A DNA stretch of 64,000 bases from Acidobacteriota bacterium (lineage in GTDB: Bacteria > Acidobacteriota > Thermoanaerobaculia > Multivoradales > UBA5704): NCBI GenBank assembly GCA_040005235.1, contig JBDTZG010000009.1, forward strand, positions 32,001 to 96,000, given 5' to 3'. Positions 32,681 through 43,400 of this stretch are shown here, piece by piece (within the stretch, counting starts at the first letter, position 1; the number at the start of each line of letters is the position of its first letter). The translations under genes and the position numbers were made by a program. Below the pieces are notes generated by a model that was not told the DNA's origin, made no database searches, and saw only the letters and a list, made by a program, of their open reading frames with translations.

Positions 32681-33630
32681 GCTTGGATTTTGACGTCCGC
32701 CTCCGGCTCGGCACGCGCAAGAGCCCGCTCGCCCTCGCCCAATCGGGCCAGGTGGCGCGCGCTCTCGAAGCGGCACGGCCGGGGCTTGCCGTCGAGCTGG
32801 TGCCGATCGAGACCGCGGGCGACCGCACGGCGGGCGACCTGGCGAAATTCGGCGGTAAGGGGCTGTTCACCGCCGAGCTGGAACAGGGGCTGCTCGCGGG
32901 CTCGCTCGACTTCGCGGTGCACAGTTTGAAGGACCTGCCCGTGGCGCTCCCGGAAGGTCTCGTGATCGCGGCCTACCCGCAACGCGCGGACGGTCGCGAC
33001 GCGATGATCTCGGAGCTGTCCGCCGACCTCGCCGGCCTGCCCGAAGGTGCCGAGCTGCTCACCGGGTCGCTCCGCCGCCGGGCGCAGATCCTTGCGCTGC
33101 GCCCGGACGTGCGGGTCGAGCCGATCCGCGGCAACGTCGACACCCGTATCCGCAAATGGCGCGAGAGCGGCGCAGCGGGGGTGATCCTGGCCGCCTCGGG
33201 GCTCGCGCGGCTGACGGTCGACCGGCCGGAGCTGGCCGAGCTGCCGATCCACCTGCTCTCGGCAACCGAGATGGTGCCCGCCCCCGGCCAGGGCATCCTG
33301 GCGCTCGAAGTCCGGGCGGGCAGCGCCGCGCATCAGATCTGCGCCCTGCTCGACCACCCCGGCAGCCGGCGCGAAGCGGAAGCCGAACGCGCGGTGGTGG
33401 CCGCCTTCGGCGGGGACTGCACGCTGCCGCTCGCCGCGTACGCGCAAAGCTCGGGAACCGCGGCGGGACTGCATCTCTCGCTTTTCCTCGGCACGCCGGA
33501 CGGCCGGCGCACCCTTCGCCACGAAGCGACCGGAGAGGATCCGCAAACCCTCGCGGCCGCCTGTGTCGAATCGCTGCGCGCTGCTGGTGCCAACGAGATC
33601 CTTGCCGCGATCCGAGGCGTCGAGCGATGA
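32677..33630 (+). CDS. hemC: Hydroxymethylbilane synthase (porphobilinogen deaminase)
   Basis: GTRKSPLALAQ, GKGLFTAELE, AVHSLKDLP, SLRRRAQ, IRGNVDTR, GGDCTLP. Confidence 0.96.
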   Translation: MSLDFDVRLRLGTRKSPLALAQSGQVARALEAARPGLAVELVPIETAGDRTAGDLAKFGGKGLFTAELEQGLLAGSLDFAVHSLKDLPVALPEGLVIAAYPQRADGRDAMISELSADLAGLPEGAELLTGSLRRRAQILALRPDVRVEPIRGNVDTRIRKWRESGAAGVILAASGLARLTVDRPELAELPIHLLSATEMVPAPGQGILALEVRAGSAAHQICALLDHPGSRREAEAERAVVAAFGGDCTLPLAAYAQSSGTAAGLHLSLFLGTPDGRRTLRHEATGEDPQTLAAACVESLRAAGANEILAAIRGVER

Positions 33631-34436
33631 GCGCGGCCGATCCCGACCCACCTGGTATCCCCTTGGCGCCCCTGGCGCCTCTCGCGGGGCTCCGCGTCGT
33701 GGTCACCCGCGCCGACAGCCAGTCGGCCGGGCTGTCCGCGCGCCTCACGGAGGCCGGAGCCACCGTCAGCGCACTCCCCTTGATCGAAATGATCCCCCCC
33801 GCCGATCCGGCCCCTCTCCTGCGGGCGACCTCGGAGTTGCCGCTTTACGACTGGGTGGTGCTCACCTCCGCAAACGGCGCGCGCGCCCTGCTCGATGCCG
33901 CCGAAGACTCGCTGCCCGATCGCCTGGCCTTCGCCGTGGTCGGCCAGGCCACGGCGGCGGTTCTCCGAGAGGTGGGGGTGGAGCCGTGGCTCATCGCTCC
34001 CAAAGGCAACGCCGAGGCGCTGCTCGCGAAGCTCGCCCCCCACATCGCCCACCGGCGTGTGCTCCTCCCCCAGGCCGCCGACGCCCGGCCTCTGCTCGCC
34101 CAAGGTCTCCGAGTCGCAGGCGCGGATCTCACCACCATCGTCGCTTACGACAAGCGCCTGCCGCCCGACGCCCCAGCCCGCGCGGCGGAGCTGTTTTACT
34201 CCTACCCGCTCAGCTGGGTGACTTTCACCAGCGGCGGCATCGCTAGACGCTTCGCCGACCTCTTCGGCCCCGACTGGCCCGCCCGCCGCACCGAGCTACT
34301 CGCCGCCTCGATCGGCCCGGTCACCAGCGCCGACCTCCGTGCCCTCGGGGTTGAGCCCTCGATCGAAGCCGAGCAGCCGACCGACGAGGCGCTGGTCGCG
34401 GGGATCGTCGGCAGGGTCGGGTCTCCGGCCTCCTGA
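33627..34436 (+). CDS. hemD: Uroporphyrinogen-III synthase
   Basis: GLRVVVTR, YDWVVLTSANG, VGQATA, FTSG, SIGPVTS; ATGA overlap with hemC. Confidence 0.88.
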   Translation: MSAADPDPPGIPLAPLAPLAGLRVVVTRADSQSAGLSARLTEAGATVSALPLIEMIPPADPAPLLRATSELPLYDWVVLTSANGARALLDAAEDSLPDRLAFAVVGQATAAVLREVGVEPWLIAPKGNAEALLAKLAPHIAHRRVLLPQAADARPLLAQGLRVAGADLTTIVAYDKRLPPDAPARAAELFYSYPLSWVTFTSGGIARRFADLFGPDWPARRTELLAASIGPVTSADLRALGVEPSIEAEQPTDEALVAGIVGRVGSPAS

Positions 34437-34571
34437 AACCTTCACGGCTTTGCCGGCAAAGTACCCCACGAGAGCCGAACGGAACGCTCGATCCATCCGC
34501 GCGGTCCGTGCCGTACACTTCAACGGCGGTCAGGTTCGTCACGCCGTCCTTTTCGACCTGAAGGAGAACCG

Positions 34572-35216
34572 ATGAAAAACATCCTGCTCGCGAGCGCGCT
34601 CGCCTTGGCCCTTGTCTTCGCGATCGTCGCCTGGCCTACGCCTTACGCTTCCGCCGCCAAACCCGCCGCATTGCCCGGAGGTTTGGCCGTCGCCACATTT
34701 GCCGGCGGCTGCTTCTGGTGCATGGAGGCGGCGTTGGACAAGGTCGAAGGCGTAATCGACACCACCTCCGGATATACCGGCGGCACGAAGAAGAACCCGA
34801 CGTATGAGGAGGTCTCCGAGGGCGGGACCGGTCATGCCGAATCGGTGCAGGTCCGTTACGATCCAAAGAAGGTCAGCTACGAAAAGCTGCTCGACGCCTA
34901 CTGGCACAACGTCGATCCGGTGACCGCGAACGCCCAGTTCTGCGACCACGGAACGCAGTACCGCTCGGCGATCTTCTACCAAGACGAAGCGCAGCATCAG
35001 GCCGCCGAGGCGTCCAAAAAAGCGCTCGAGGCGAGCAAGAAACTGCCGACGCCGATCGTTACCCAGATCGTCGCCGCATCGATCTTCTGGCCTGCCGAGG
35101 AGTACCACCAGGACTATTACAAGAAGAACCCGCTGCGCTACAACTACTACCGGACCGGCTGCGGCCGGGATCGCCGCCTTGAGCAGCTCTGGGGCGACGC
35201 GGCGGGGGGGCATTAA
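34572..35216 (+). CDS. msrA: Peptide-methionine (S)-S-oxide reductase, exported form
   Basis: FAGGCFWCME, SGYTGG, GHAE, QYRSAIF, AEEYHQDYY; N-terminal signal peptide; AAGGAG RBS. Confidence 0.95.
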   Translation: MKNILLASALALALVFAIVAWPTPYASAAKPAALPGGLAVATFAGGCFWCMEAALDKVEGVIDTTSGYTGGTKKNPTYEEVSEGGTGHAESVQVRYDPKKVSYEKLLDAYWHNVDPVTANAQFCDHGTQYRSAIFYQDEAQHQAAEASKKALEASKKLPTPIVTQIVAASIFWPAEEYHQDYYKKNPLRYNYYRTGCGRDRRLEQLWGDAAGGH

Positions 35217-35226
35217 GGCTCACCTC

Positions 35227-37075
35227 TTACGGGTTGATCCGCACCTTCCACGCTCCGCGGCCGTGGGTGAAGGCGAACAGCGTCTCCTCCCCGCCCGGGG
35301 CGACGTGAACCGCCAGATGCTCGGTCGAGACGGCGGCAAAGCCGGTGTTCGCGACCGCCCAGGTGGCGCCTGAGTTGTTCGAGACGAAGACCCCGAGATC
35401 GGTGCCGGCGTAGAGCACGTTCGGCCGCGCCGGGTCGACCGCGATGGACAGGACGGGGATGTCCGGAATCCCGGTGGCTCCCGAACCGTCGGCTGGCGCC
35501 CACTGCGCGCCGCCATCCGCGGTCCGCCAGAGGTGATGGCCGCCGAACGTCGAATAGGTGGCGTACGCGATCAGGTCGTTCGTCGGATCAAAGGCGATCG
35601 ACGACACAAAGCCGTCCCGCGGCAGGACGACCGGCCAATCGACGTCGTCGGCGTTGAGCGCCGAATCGTTGCGATGGATGAAACCGTCGGATAGCCCCAC
35701 CAGAACGCGGTGAGGATTGTTCGGGGCGATGCCCACCGCACTCACCAGCGAGTCGTCGTCCCCGGCGACCACGGTGCTCGCACGAATCCAGGTCGCGGCG
35801 CCGTCGTCGGTGCGCCAGATGAACGCGCCGCCGGTCCACAGCCGCTGCGGCTCGCTCGGGTCGATCGCGAACGGCGCGATGAATAGGAAACCGTTGTCGT
35901 CGATGTCGGCCGTGACGTCGGAAAACGTGGCGCCGCCGTCGTTCGACTTCTGGATCGACAGGCCAGAGTTTTCGGCGTAAATCGTCTGGGTGTCCGTCGG
36001 ATCGACCGCGACGTAGCCGCCGTCGCCCGCGAGGAGTTTTCGCCAGCCATTGCGGCCGGAGGCGGTACCCCCCAATAACGTGCCGTTGCCCTGGCTGCCG
36101 CCGAGATAGGCGTCGCCGCTCGGAAACACCGCGCCGTGGTAGAACTGGGTTACTTCATAACCGTTGTTCAACTTGCGCCAGACCACGCCGGCGCGGCGCG
36201 GATCGCAGACGTCGAGCCCTTAGCCGCTCTTAGCCCGCGCGTTTTGAGTCCGCGCAATCCCGCCGTCGCCGCCGACGAAGAGAGTCTGGTTGTTCGTCCC
36301 GTTGTACTGAGGATGAAAGACGATCGCGTGATGGTCGGAGTGGACAAAACTCGGCGCAGCCGGCGGTCCTTCGGCCCAGCCATACGAGATGACGCCCCAA
36401 TTCTTGCCGCCGTCGTCGGAACGGAACAGGTCGATCCCGCCCTCGAAGACCCGATTGGGGTCTTTCGGATCGACCGCGATCACGTTGGCGTATCCGCCCT
36501 GGTTGACGAACGAGTCGGTATCGCCCAAGCCGCACTCGACGAGGTTTGCGAGCCTCGGATTGGACAGCAGGAGCGTGTTGAGCTTCGGCGCATCGATGTT
36601 GCGCACCTGGGCGCTCCAGCTGCCCGGATCGCCGCCCGCCGTCGAACGAAAGACCGCATGCAGGCCGAGCTGATAATCGCCGGGCGCGAGGCTTTCGGCG
36701 AGCGCATAGAGGATGTTCTGGTTCGACGGCGCGAGCGCGAGCGACGTGCGCCCCATGTCAGCCTCCGCGAGCACCGGCACCCAGACCGCCGTGCTCGAAC
36801 CGCGCCATCCGCCCCATCTGCACTCTCGCCGTCACGTAACGCTCGACGGCCAGGCTCGTCTCCCCCTTCGGCAGGCGCTTTCTCACATCGAACTTCATCG
36901 CCTCGGTCGGGTTGGTCTGCGAGCGCAGATCGCGATCGGAAAGCGCCGCGCGAATCGGCGGCGGCATCGGGCGAGCCGTCGCCTTGCCCGAACCCTTGAC
37001 GGTCGCGAAAGCGAGCGAGGGGAGCAGGAGCACAGAGATCAGAGCGAAGAGTGGACGCGAGCGTCGGTCCGGCAT
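35227..37075 (-). pseudogene. Disrupted secreted BNR/Asp-box (VPS10-like beta-propeller) protein
   Basis: Three collinear pieces: signal-peptide N-terminus (37075 to about 36800); frame switch to a middle piece; in-frame TAA at 36220-36222 (ARAKSG*GLDVCDP) followed by the C-terminal piece. Repeats S.DGG.TW, AVDP, C-terminal THGRGAW. Confidence 0.8.
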
Positions 37076-37268
37076 CGAGAGAATCTCCTGAATCGTGGGG
37101 CGTCGACTAAAAATGACGGCAGCCGCTTAAAGATACCGCTCGCGGGACGCCGCGGCCAAGCCGTAGGGGCGTCTCTACCCTGCTGCGGGTGATTTTGCCG
37201 GACGCCGGGTTAGACTCGGCCGGCAGAGACAGATCTCCTCTTTCGACCAGGACCCTCGGGGGCACGCG

Positions 37269-38807
37269 ATGAAGATTCCGGGCTTGATCTTGAAGCAGAT
37301 GTATACCTTGGGCAGTCTCCAGAACGTCGACGACGGCGTTCGGTTCAGCTTGAAGAACCGGTTGGCGGATGCCACGCTCACCAAGTTGCGCCAGATCAAG
37401 ATCGATGGCAAGGCGGTGCCGATCGAGGGGTTGACGCTTCATCTCGCCGACGGCACGGTCGCCGGGAGCGCGATCAGCCCGGACAAGCCGCTGCCCTTCC
37501 CGCTCGCCCGGATCGTCCATATCGAGGCGAAGGTCGATGCGTTGCCCAAGGGCCAGCATGAGATCGAGATCGAGTTTGACGCCACGCCGTTCGGCAACCT
37601 GGCGTTCAAAGTGAAGGACGCGATCGCCGACGAGAAGCCGAAACGCGCCACGGTGCCCCTCGATAAGGAGAACAACTTCAGTCCGGAGATTGTCAAGGCG
37701 CGCCAGAAGTTCGTCGAGGACTACGCCGGGATCAAGCTCCAGCACATCGACAAGTATTCGTTCGATCCGGGGGTGACCAAGGGCAATATCGAGAACTTCA
37801 CGGGCGTCGCCCAGGTGCCGATCGGCTTCGCCGGCCCGCTTCGGGTGAACGGCGAGCATGCGATCGGCGAGTTCATCATCCCGCTCGCGACGGCGGAGGG
37901 TACCCTCGTCGCTTCCTACAACCGGGGCATCAAGGTGCTCAACCTCTCCGGCGGCGTGATGGCGACGGTGGTCGGCGACTGCATGCAGCGCGCGCCGGTG
38001 TTCGTATTCGACTCGGCGCGCGGGGCGCGCGACTTCGTGGCGTGGGTGGAAGAAAACCTGGCCACCATCCGCGAGCACGCGGAGGCGACCTCGTCGGTGG
38101 CCAAACTCCTTTACATCGACCCTTATCTAGCCAACAAAATGGCGTTCCTCCGTTTCAACTATTCGACCGGCGACGCTGCGGGTCAGAACATGGTCGGCCG
38201 TGCGACATTTGCCGCCTGCTCCTGGGTGCTAGAAAACGCCGCGGGCATCCGCCATTTCTATCTCGAATCGAACTTCGCGACCGACAAGAAAGCCTCGCAG
38301 ATCAACATCATGCGCACGCGCGGCAAGCGCGTCACGGCCGAGTGCACCATCCCGCGCGACGTGCTGATCCAACACATGCGGGTGGAGCCCGAAACGCTCC
38401 ACTACCACGCGGGCATCGCGAACGTCGGCGCGTTCCTCTCGGGCGCCAACAACAACGGCTGCCACAGTCCGAACGGCATCACCGCCATGTTCATCGCGAC
38501 TGGCCAAGACGTGGCGAACGTCTCCGAGTCGTCGGCCGGCGTGGTCTATACCGAGGTGACCCAAGAGGGCGACCTCTACATCTCGATCACCATCCCGTCG
38601 CTGATCGTCGCCACCCACGGCGGCGGCACCGCGCTCCCGACCCAGAAGGAATGCCTGCAGATCCTCGGCTGCTCGGGCAAGGGCAAGGTCCAGAAGCTCG
38701 CCGAGATCATCGCGGGTGTGGTCCTCGCTGGCGAGATCTCGCTCGCCTCGGCGATCTCCTCGCTCGATTGGGTGTCGTCGCACGAGCAGTACGGACGGAA
38801 TCGCTAG
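37269..38807 (+). CDS. HMG-CoA reductase (class I-like) with an additional ~120-aa N-terminal domain
   Basis: ENFTG, PLATAEGTLVASYNRG, TGDAAGQNMV, ATGQDVANV, THGGGT, VLAGEISL, C-terminal catalytic His (SSHEQYGR). Confidence 0.9.
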   Translation: MKIPGLILKQMYTLGSLQNVDDGVRFSLKNRLADATLTKLRQIKIDGKAVPIEGLTLHLADGTVAGSAISPDKPLPFPLARIVHIEAKVDALPKGQHEIEIEFDATPFGNLAFKVKDAIADEKPKRATVPLDKENNFSPEIVKARQKFVEDYAGIKLQHIDKYSFDPGVTKGNIENFTGVAQVPIGFAGPLRVNGEHAIGEFIIPLATAEGTLVASYNRGIKVLNLSGGVMATVVGDCMQRAPVFVFDSARGARDFVAWVEENLATIREHAEATSSVAKLLYIDPYLANKMAFLRFNYSTGDAAGQNMVGRATFAACSWVLENAAGIRHFYLESNFATDKKASQINIMRTRGKRVTAECTIPRDVLIQHMRVEPETLHYHAGIANVGAFLSGANNNGCHSPNGITAMFIATGQDVANVSESSAGVVYTEVTQEGDLYISITIPSLIVATHGGGTALPTQKECLQILGCSGKGKVQKLAEIIAGVVLAGEISLASAISSLDWVSSHEQYGRNR

Positions 38808-39039
38808 CGACGGCATCAAATCGGGAGGCGGCGGTCTCGTCGTCTCCCGGTCTGCTTCGTGCGGTTCGATCGCTTGATCTTTCGGCACAGACCCCCACGC
38901 TTTACCCAAACTCTCCAACCTGTTTCTTCGTAGTTCTGCTGGTCGCGTGCCTCGCAGCTCGCGATTTGCGGTCACTGCGAGGTACATCTCTAGGAAACAA
39001 GCTTTCAACCGCCTCTCCGGCGGAAAGTGAAGGAGCGTC

Positions 39040-40272
39040 ATGCGAACCCCTCTCGGTCCATTGCTCTCAGCGATCGTATTGCTCCTGCCCTCCTCGGCCG
39101 TCGCCGCACGATTTCCCATCCGCGAGCCGGCGGGTCTCATCTTCGCGGTCGATGGCACCCACGACGCCAATCTTCAGCCCAGCACGGCGTTCGATGGCGC
39201 GGGCAACTCGGTCGCCGTCTGGACGCGTGGGACCGACTTGGCCAACCGATCGGAAGTGGTCGCCCAACGATTCGGGCCGACGGGTGCCCTCCGAGGCGGG
39301 CGCTTTCGGGTGAACACCTACCTTCCGGACTTTCAGGCGTACCCCGCGGTCACGATGAACGAGAACGGCCGGTTCGTCGTCACCTGGGCGAGCTTCGGGC
39401 AAGAGGGTCAGTTGAGCGGGATCTACGCGCGAGTCTTCGGCGCGAACGGCGCGCCGGTTTCGTCCGAGTTGCGGGTCAGCACGAGCCTCGGCGGACAGAG
39501 CCTTCCGACGGTCGGCATCGATCGCACCGGCGGCTTCGTCATCGCCTGGTACAGCGAGAAGGGAAACTACCTGCGCCGGTTCGATCGCGCGGGCGGCAGC
39601 CTGGGACCGGAATCCCGGGTTTCGTCGGGATCGAACCCGAAACTCGCGATGGCTCCCGACGGCAGCTTCATCCTGGTCTGGCGTGAATTCGATCCCGCCG
39701 CGGGCGGCGCGATCATCCACGGTCGCCGGTTCGGACGATCCGGAGCCGCGGCGAGCGCGGTGCTGACGATCAACAGCCGCCCGATCCCCAACAACGGCAC
39801 TCCCGCCGTAGCGCTGACGCCGGACGGCGGTTTCCTCATCGCCTGGGACCGTTGCAACTTCTCGGATTTCGCCGAAGGCTGCGAAGTGCGTCTCAGGCGC
39901 TACGACGAGCGGGCAAGGCCGCTGTCGGACGACCTCACCGTGAGCCCAAAAGACCATCGCGCCCACGAGTTTCCGGCGGTCGCCGCCGAACCGGGAGGCT
40001 TTTCAGCCGTCACCTGGCAGGATTGCAGCCTGGACGGCGGCGGCCAGCCGTACGACTGCAAGATCGACACCCTCTTTTTCGACCCCTCCGGCAAAGCATC
40101 TCCCGCGCTCAGCCGCATCACCGAAGACGGCGATCTCCTGGAACCCATGGTGACCGCGGGCGGTGGGTTCTTCGTAGTTTCCTATGACTCGACCAACTGC
40201 GACGCCGCCCGGTGCGATTACACCTTTCCGACTGGAGCGTACGCCTTGCGCTACCGCATCCGGCGACCATAG
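39040..40272 (+). CDS. Secreted repeat (probable beta-propeller) protein of unknown function
   Basis: Signal peptide; repeated P.VA....G.FVV.W / R.F...G units (e.g. FRVNTYLPDFQAYPAVTMNENGRFVVTW); GAAGGAG RBS. Confidence 0.75.
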   Translation: MRTPLGPLLSAIVLLLPSSAVAARFPIREPAGLIFAVDGTHDANLQPSTAFDGAGNSVAVWTRGTDLANRSEVVAQRFGPTGALRGGRFRVNTYLPDFQAYPAVTMNENGRFVVTWASFGQEGQLSGIYARVFGANGAPVSSELRVSTSLGGQSLPTVGIDRTGGFVIAWYSEKGNYLRRFDRAGGSLGPESRVSSGSNPKLAMAPDGSFILVWREFDPAAGGAIIHGRRFGRSGAAASAVLTINSRPIPNNGTPAVALTPDGGFLIAWDRCNFSDFAEGCEVRLRRYDERARPLSDDLTVSPKDHRAHEFPAVAAEPGGFSAVTWQDCSLDGGGQPYDCKIDTLFFDPSGKASPALSRITEDGDLLEPMVTAGGGFFVVSYDSTNCDAARCDYTFPTGAYALRYRIRRP

Positions 40273-40289
40273 CTTTCAGATCAAGCACT

Positions 40290-40871
40290 TCACCCGATCC
40301 CGAACCAGCCTTTCCGGTGCTCTTCTTCGAGGCGGGTTTCGAGATACTCCCAAAGCGCGGGGCAGCCGGCCCGGATCGGCGGCCCGACGCGCTGGACGAC
40401 CGTTTCGTAGGCGATGCCGTTTTCCCGCCAGCTCTGCCCGTTGTTTGCCAGGTTGAGCAGGACCGGCATCGCCCGGTCGACGGCATGGGCAAATCGGGAT
40501 TCGGGTGTCGAGTCGACTTCGAACTCCCGCCAGAGCGCCAAGAACTCTTCCCCGCCTCCGTCCGGCAACATCCCGAAAATCCGAATCACCGTCGCCAGCT
40601 CGCCCGCCTTTCGCTCCGCGAGCCCTTCCTGGACGAAGAACATCGTTTCTCCGGTGCCGATCTCGCCGATGTCGTGCACCAGCAGCATGCGGATCACCCG
40701 ATCGATCTCGACCGGTGACTCGGCATGGTGCGCAAGCGACGCCGCAAGCAGCGCGAGCTGCCAGCTATGCTCGGCCGAGTTCTCATAGCGATCGAGGCCG
40801 AGCGGACGAACCTTTCGCGTCACGGCTTTGAGTTTGTCGAGCTCCAGGATGAAATCGACGATCTGCTGCAT
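40290..40871 (-). CDS. HD-domain hydrolase (HDDC2/YfbR-like)
   Basis: MQQIVDFILELDKLK, ENSAEHSW, MLLVHDIGEI, ESRFAHAVDR; start trimmed to ATG 40871. Confidence 0.88.
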   Translation of the reverse strand: MQQIVDFILELDKLKAVTRKVRPLGLDRYENSAEHSWQLALLAASLAHHAESPVEIDRVIRMLLVHDIGEIGTGETMFFVQEGLAERKAGELATVIRIFGMLPDGGGEEFLALWREFEVDSTPESRFAHAVDRAMPVLLNLANNGQSWRENGIAYETVVQRVGPPIRAGCPALWEYLETRLEEEHRKGWFGIG

Positions 40872-40968
40872 GATGGATGGCCTCCTAGGAGACCATCTTC
40901 TCAGGAGCGCCGTCTGCGAGTCATTCTTGGTTGTTGCGGCGTCCCACAAGACCGCGTTTTGCCGCCTC

Positions 40969-42024
40969 TCAGCAAATCCGCGGCAGCTGCTCGCCGAGTT
41001 GCATTGGAATGACCCGGGTGCCGCCGATGCCGGTTTTCGCGACCAGCATGCCGGGGTGGCGATCGGTGACGCGGCCGATGATCGCCGCTTGCCTTCCGAG
41101 CGGATGGGCGCGGAGGGCGGCAAGCGCGGCTTCGGCGTCTCGGGGATCGACGATCGCCAGGAGCTTGCCTTCGTTGGCGACGTAGATCGGGTCCATTCCC
41201 AGCAGCTCGCAGGCGGATTGGACGTCGGTGCGGACGGGGATCGCGCTTTCTTCAAGGTTGATGCCGACTTTCGAGCGGCCGGCGATTTCGTTGAGCGAAG
41301 AAGCTACGCCCCCGCGGGTCGGATCGCGCAGCGCATGCACGCCGGGCGCGGCGCCTAAGAGGACCGCGACCAGACCGGCGAGCGGCGCCGTGTCGCTCTC
41401 GATCGCGGTTTCGAATTGCAGCCCTTCGCGGACGCTCATCACCGCCATGCCGTGGTCGCCGATCGTGCCGGAGACGATCACCACGTCGCCCGGCCGGGCG
41501 CGATCGGGGCCGATCTGGAGGCCGTCGGGGACGACTCCCACCCCCGCGGTCGTGATGTAGCAGCCGTGGCCGTGCCCGCGCTCCACCACCTTGGTGTCTC
41601 CCGTCGCGATGCGCACTCCGGCGTCGCGCGCCGCCTCGGCCATGCGCTCGACGATCCGGCCGAGCACCGCCATTTCGAGCCCTTCTTCCAGGATGAACGC
41701 GGCTGAAAGATAGAGCGGTCGGGCGCCGCTCATCGCGAGGTCGTTCACCGTGCCATGGACCGCCAGATCGCCGATCGAGCCGCCGGGAAAGAACAGCGGA
41801 TGAACGACGAACGAGTCGGTCGAAAACGCCAAGCGGCCGGTCTGCGCGGGCAAGAGCGCTGCGTCGCCCAGAACCTCCAGCTCTTCGTTGCGAAAGGCCG
41901 GCACGAACAGGTGCTCGACCAGCTCGGCCGAGAGATGGCCGCCGCCGCCATGACCGATCACGATCGTCGGCGAGTCGCGGAGGGGAAGCGGACAGCTCCA
42001 GCTGGAGAAATCGACGCCGCTCAA
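40969..42024 (-). CDS. hypE: Hydrogenase maturation carbamoyl dehydratase
   Basis: [35 protein letters not shown]-terminal LPRIC; TTG start overlapping the hypD stop. Confidence 0.96.
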   Translation of the reverse strand: MSGVDFSSWSCPLPLRDSPTIVIGHGGGGHLSAELVEHLFVPAFRNEELEVLGDAALLPAQTGRLAFSTDSFVVHPLFFPGGSIGDLAVHGTVNDLAMSGARPLYLSAAFILEEGLEMAVLGRIVERMAEAARDAGVRIATGDTKVVERGHGHGCYITTAGVGVVPDGLQIGPDRARPGDVVIVSGTIGDHGMAVMSVREGLQFETAIESDTAPLAGLVAVLLGAAPGVHALRDPTRGGVASSLNEIAGRSKVGINLEESAIPVRTDVQSACELLGMDPIYVANEGKLLAIVDPRDAEAALAALRAHPLGRQAAIIGRVTDRHPGMLVAKTGIGGTRVIPMQLGEQLPRIC

Positions 42025-43145
42025 GGCGTCGCCTCGACCGCTGCCATCCCATCGATCGAGGTGAACCGGCCGTAGTGGTAGTAGGCCGCGCAGGCCCCTT
42101 CGGAAGAGACCATGGTGGCGCCGAGGGGAGTCCGCGGCGTGCATTGCTTGCCGAACGCCGGGCACTGGCTCGGCTTGAGCGTCCCCTGGAGCACTTCGCC
42201 CGCGTGGCAGAGTGTCGACTCCACGGTGCGGATGCCGGAGACGTCAAAGCGGATTTCGGCATCGAAATCCCGGTAGGCGTCGGACAGGCGCCAACCGGAG
42301 CGAGGAATGTTGCCGATGCCGCGCCAGGCTCGGTCGGTGACCGTAAGGACTTGGGCGAGCAGATCCTGCGCGGCCTTGTTGCCCTCCTTCGTCACCACGC
42401 GGGCGTAGGCGTTTTCGACCCGGGCCTCCCCCGCTTCGAGCTGGGCGACCGCGCTTCGAATGCCGAGCAGCAGATCGAGCGGCTCGAAACCGGTGATCAC
42501 GATCGGCACGTGGCATTTGGCTGCGAGCGGCGGATACTGCCAGGTGCCCATCACGCTGCACACGTGGCCGGCGGCGAGAAACGCCTGCACCCGGTTGCCC
42601 GGCGAGGTCATGATCGCCTCGATCGCCGGGGGCACCAGGACGTGCGAGACCAACATCGAGAAGTTGGCGATCCCCTGCTGTTTGGCGAGGTGCACCGCCA
42701 TGGCGTTGGCCGGGGCGGTGGTCTCGAAGCCGATACCGAAGAAAACGACCTCGCGTTCGGGCAGGTCGCGCGCCAACTGGAGCGCATCGAGCGGCGAGTA
42801 GACGAGCCGCACGTCGCCCCCTTCGCTCTTGATCCGGAACAGGTCCTTCTCGCTCCCCGGTACGCGCAGCATGTCGCCGAAGCTGCAGAAGGTGACGCCC
42901 GGCCGCGCGGCGATCGCGAGCGCGCGGTCGATCATTTCGAGCGGCGTCACGCAAACCGGGCAGCCCGGACCGTGAATCAGCTCGACCTCGGCCGGCAGCA
43001 GCTGGTCGATGCCGTTTCTAAGGATCGAATGGGTCTGGCCGCCGCAAACTTCCATGATCGCCCACGGTCGTGTCACTTTTCCCCGGATCTCGTCGGCCAG
43101 GCGCCTCGCGGCATCTCCGTCACGAAACTCTGTCAGGTACTTCAT
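42021..43145 (-). CDS. hypD: Hydrogenase maturation protein
   Basis: [27 protein letters not shown]-terminal [18 protein letters not shown]. Confidence 0.97.
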   Translation of the reverse strand: MKYLTEFRDGDAARRLADEIRGKVTRPWAIMEVCGGQTHSILRNGIDQLLPAEVELIHGPGCPVCVTPLEMIDRALAIAARPGVTFCSFGDMLRVPGSEKDLFRIKSEGGDVRLVYSPLDALQLARDLPEREVVFFGIGFETTAPANAMAVHLAKQQGIANFSMLVSHVLVPPAIEAIMTSPGNRVQAFLAAGHVCSVMGTWQYPPLAAKCHVPIVITGFEPLDLLLGIRSAVAQLEAGEARVENAYARVVTKEGNKAAQDLLAQVLTVTDRAWRGIGNIPRSGWRLSDAYRDFDAEIRFDVSGIRTVESTLCHAGEVLQGTLKPSQCPAFGKQCTPRTPLGATMVSSEGACAAYYHYGRFTSIDGMAAVEATP

Positions 43146-43396
43146 GACGGGACCTCGCCCAGCTCTTCTTCGAGCAGGCCCAGGTCGCGGAAATGGCGCA
43201 GCGTCTCTTGGGCCGACGCCTCGTCGATGCGGCTGATTGCAAAACCGACGTGGACGATCGCATAATCGCCGATCACCGCATCCGGCAGGTAGGCCAGGCA
43301 GACCTCTTTGGTGATTCCTCCGAAGTCGAGCCGCGCCATGCGCGTCCCTCGGGCTTCGTAGATCTCGGCGATACGGCCGGGGACCGCAAGACACAT
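43142..43396 (-). CDS. hypC: Hydrogenase maturation chaperone
   Basis: MCLAVP N-terminus; IVHVGFAI. Confidence 0.97.
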   Translation of the reverse strand: MCLAVPGRIAEIYEARGTRMARLDFGGITKEVCLAYLPDAVIGDYAIVHVGFAISRIDEASAQETLRHFRDLGLLEEELGEVPS

Positions 43397-43400
43397 GGCG

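Noticed and set aside
36220-36222. Possible stop-codon recoding in the BNR-repeat gene
   Set aside because: The codon is TAA (not a Sec or Pyl codon) and the gene has a second lesion upstream.
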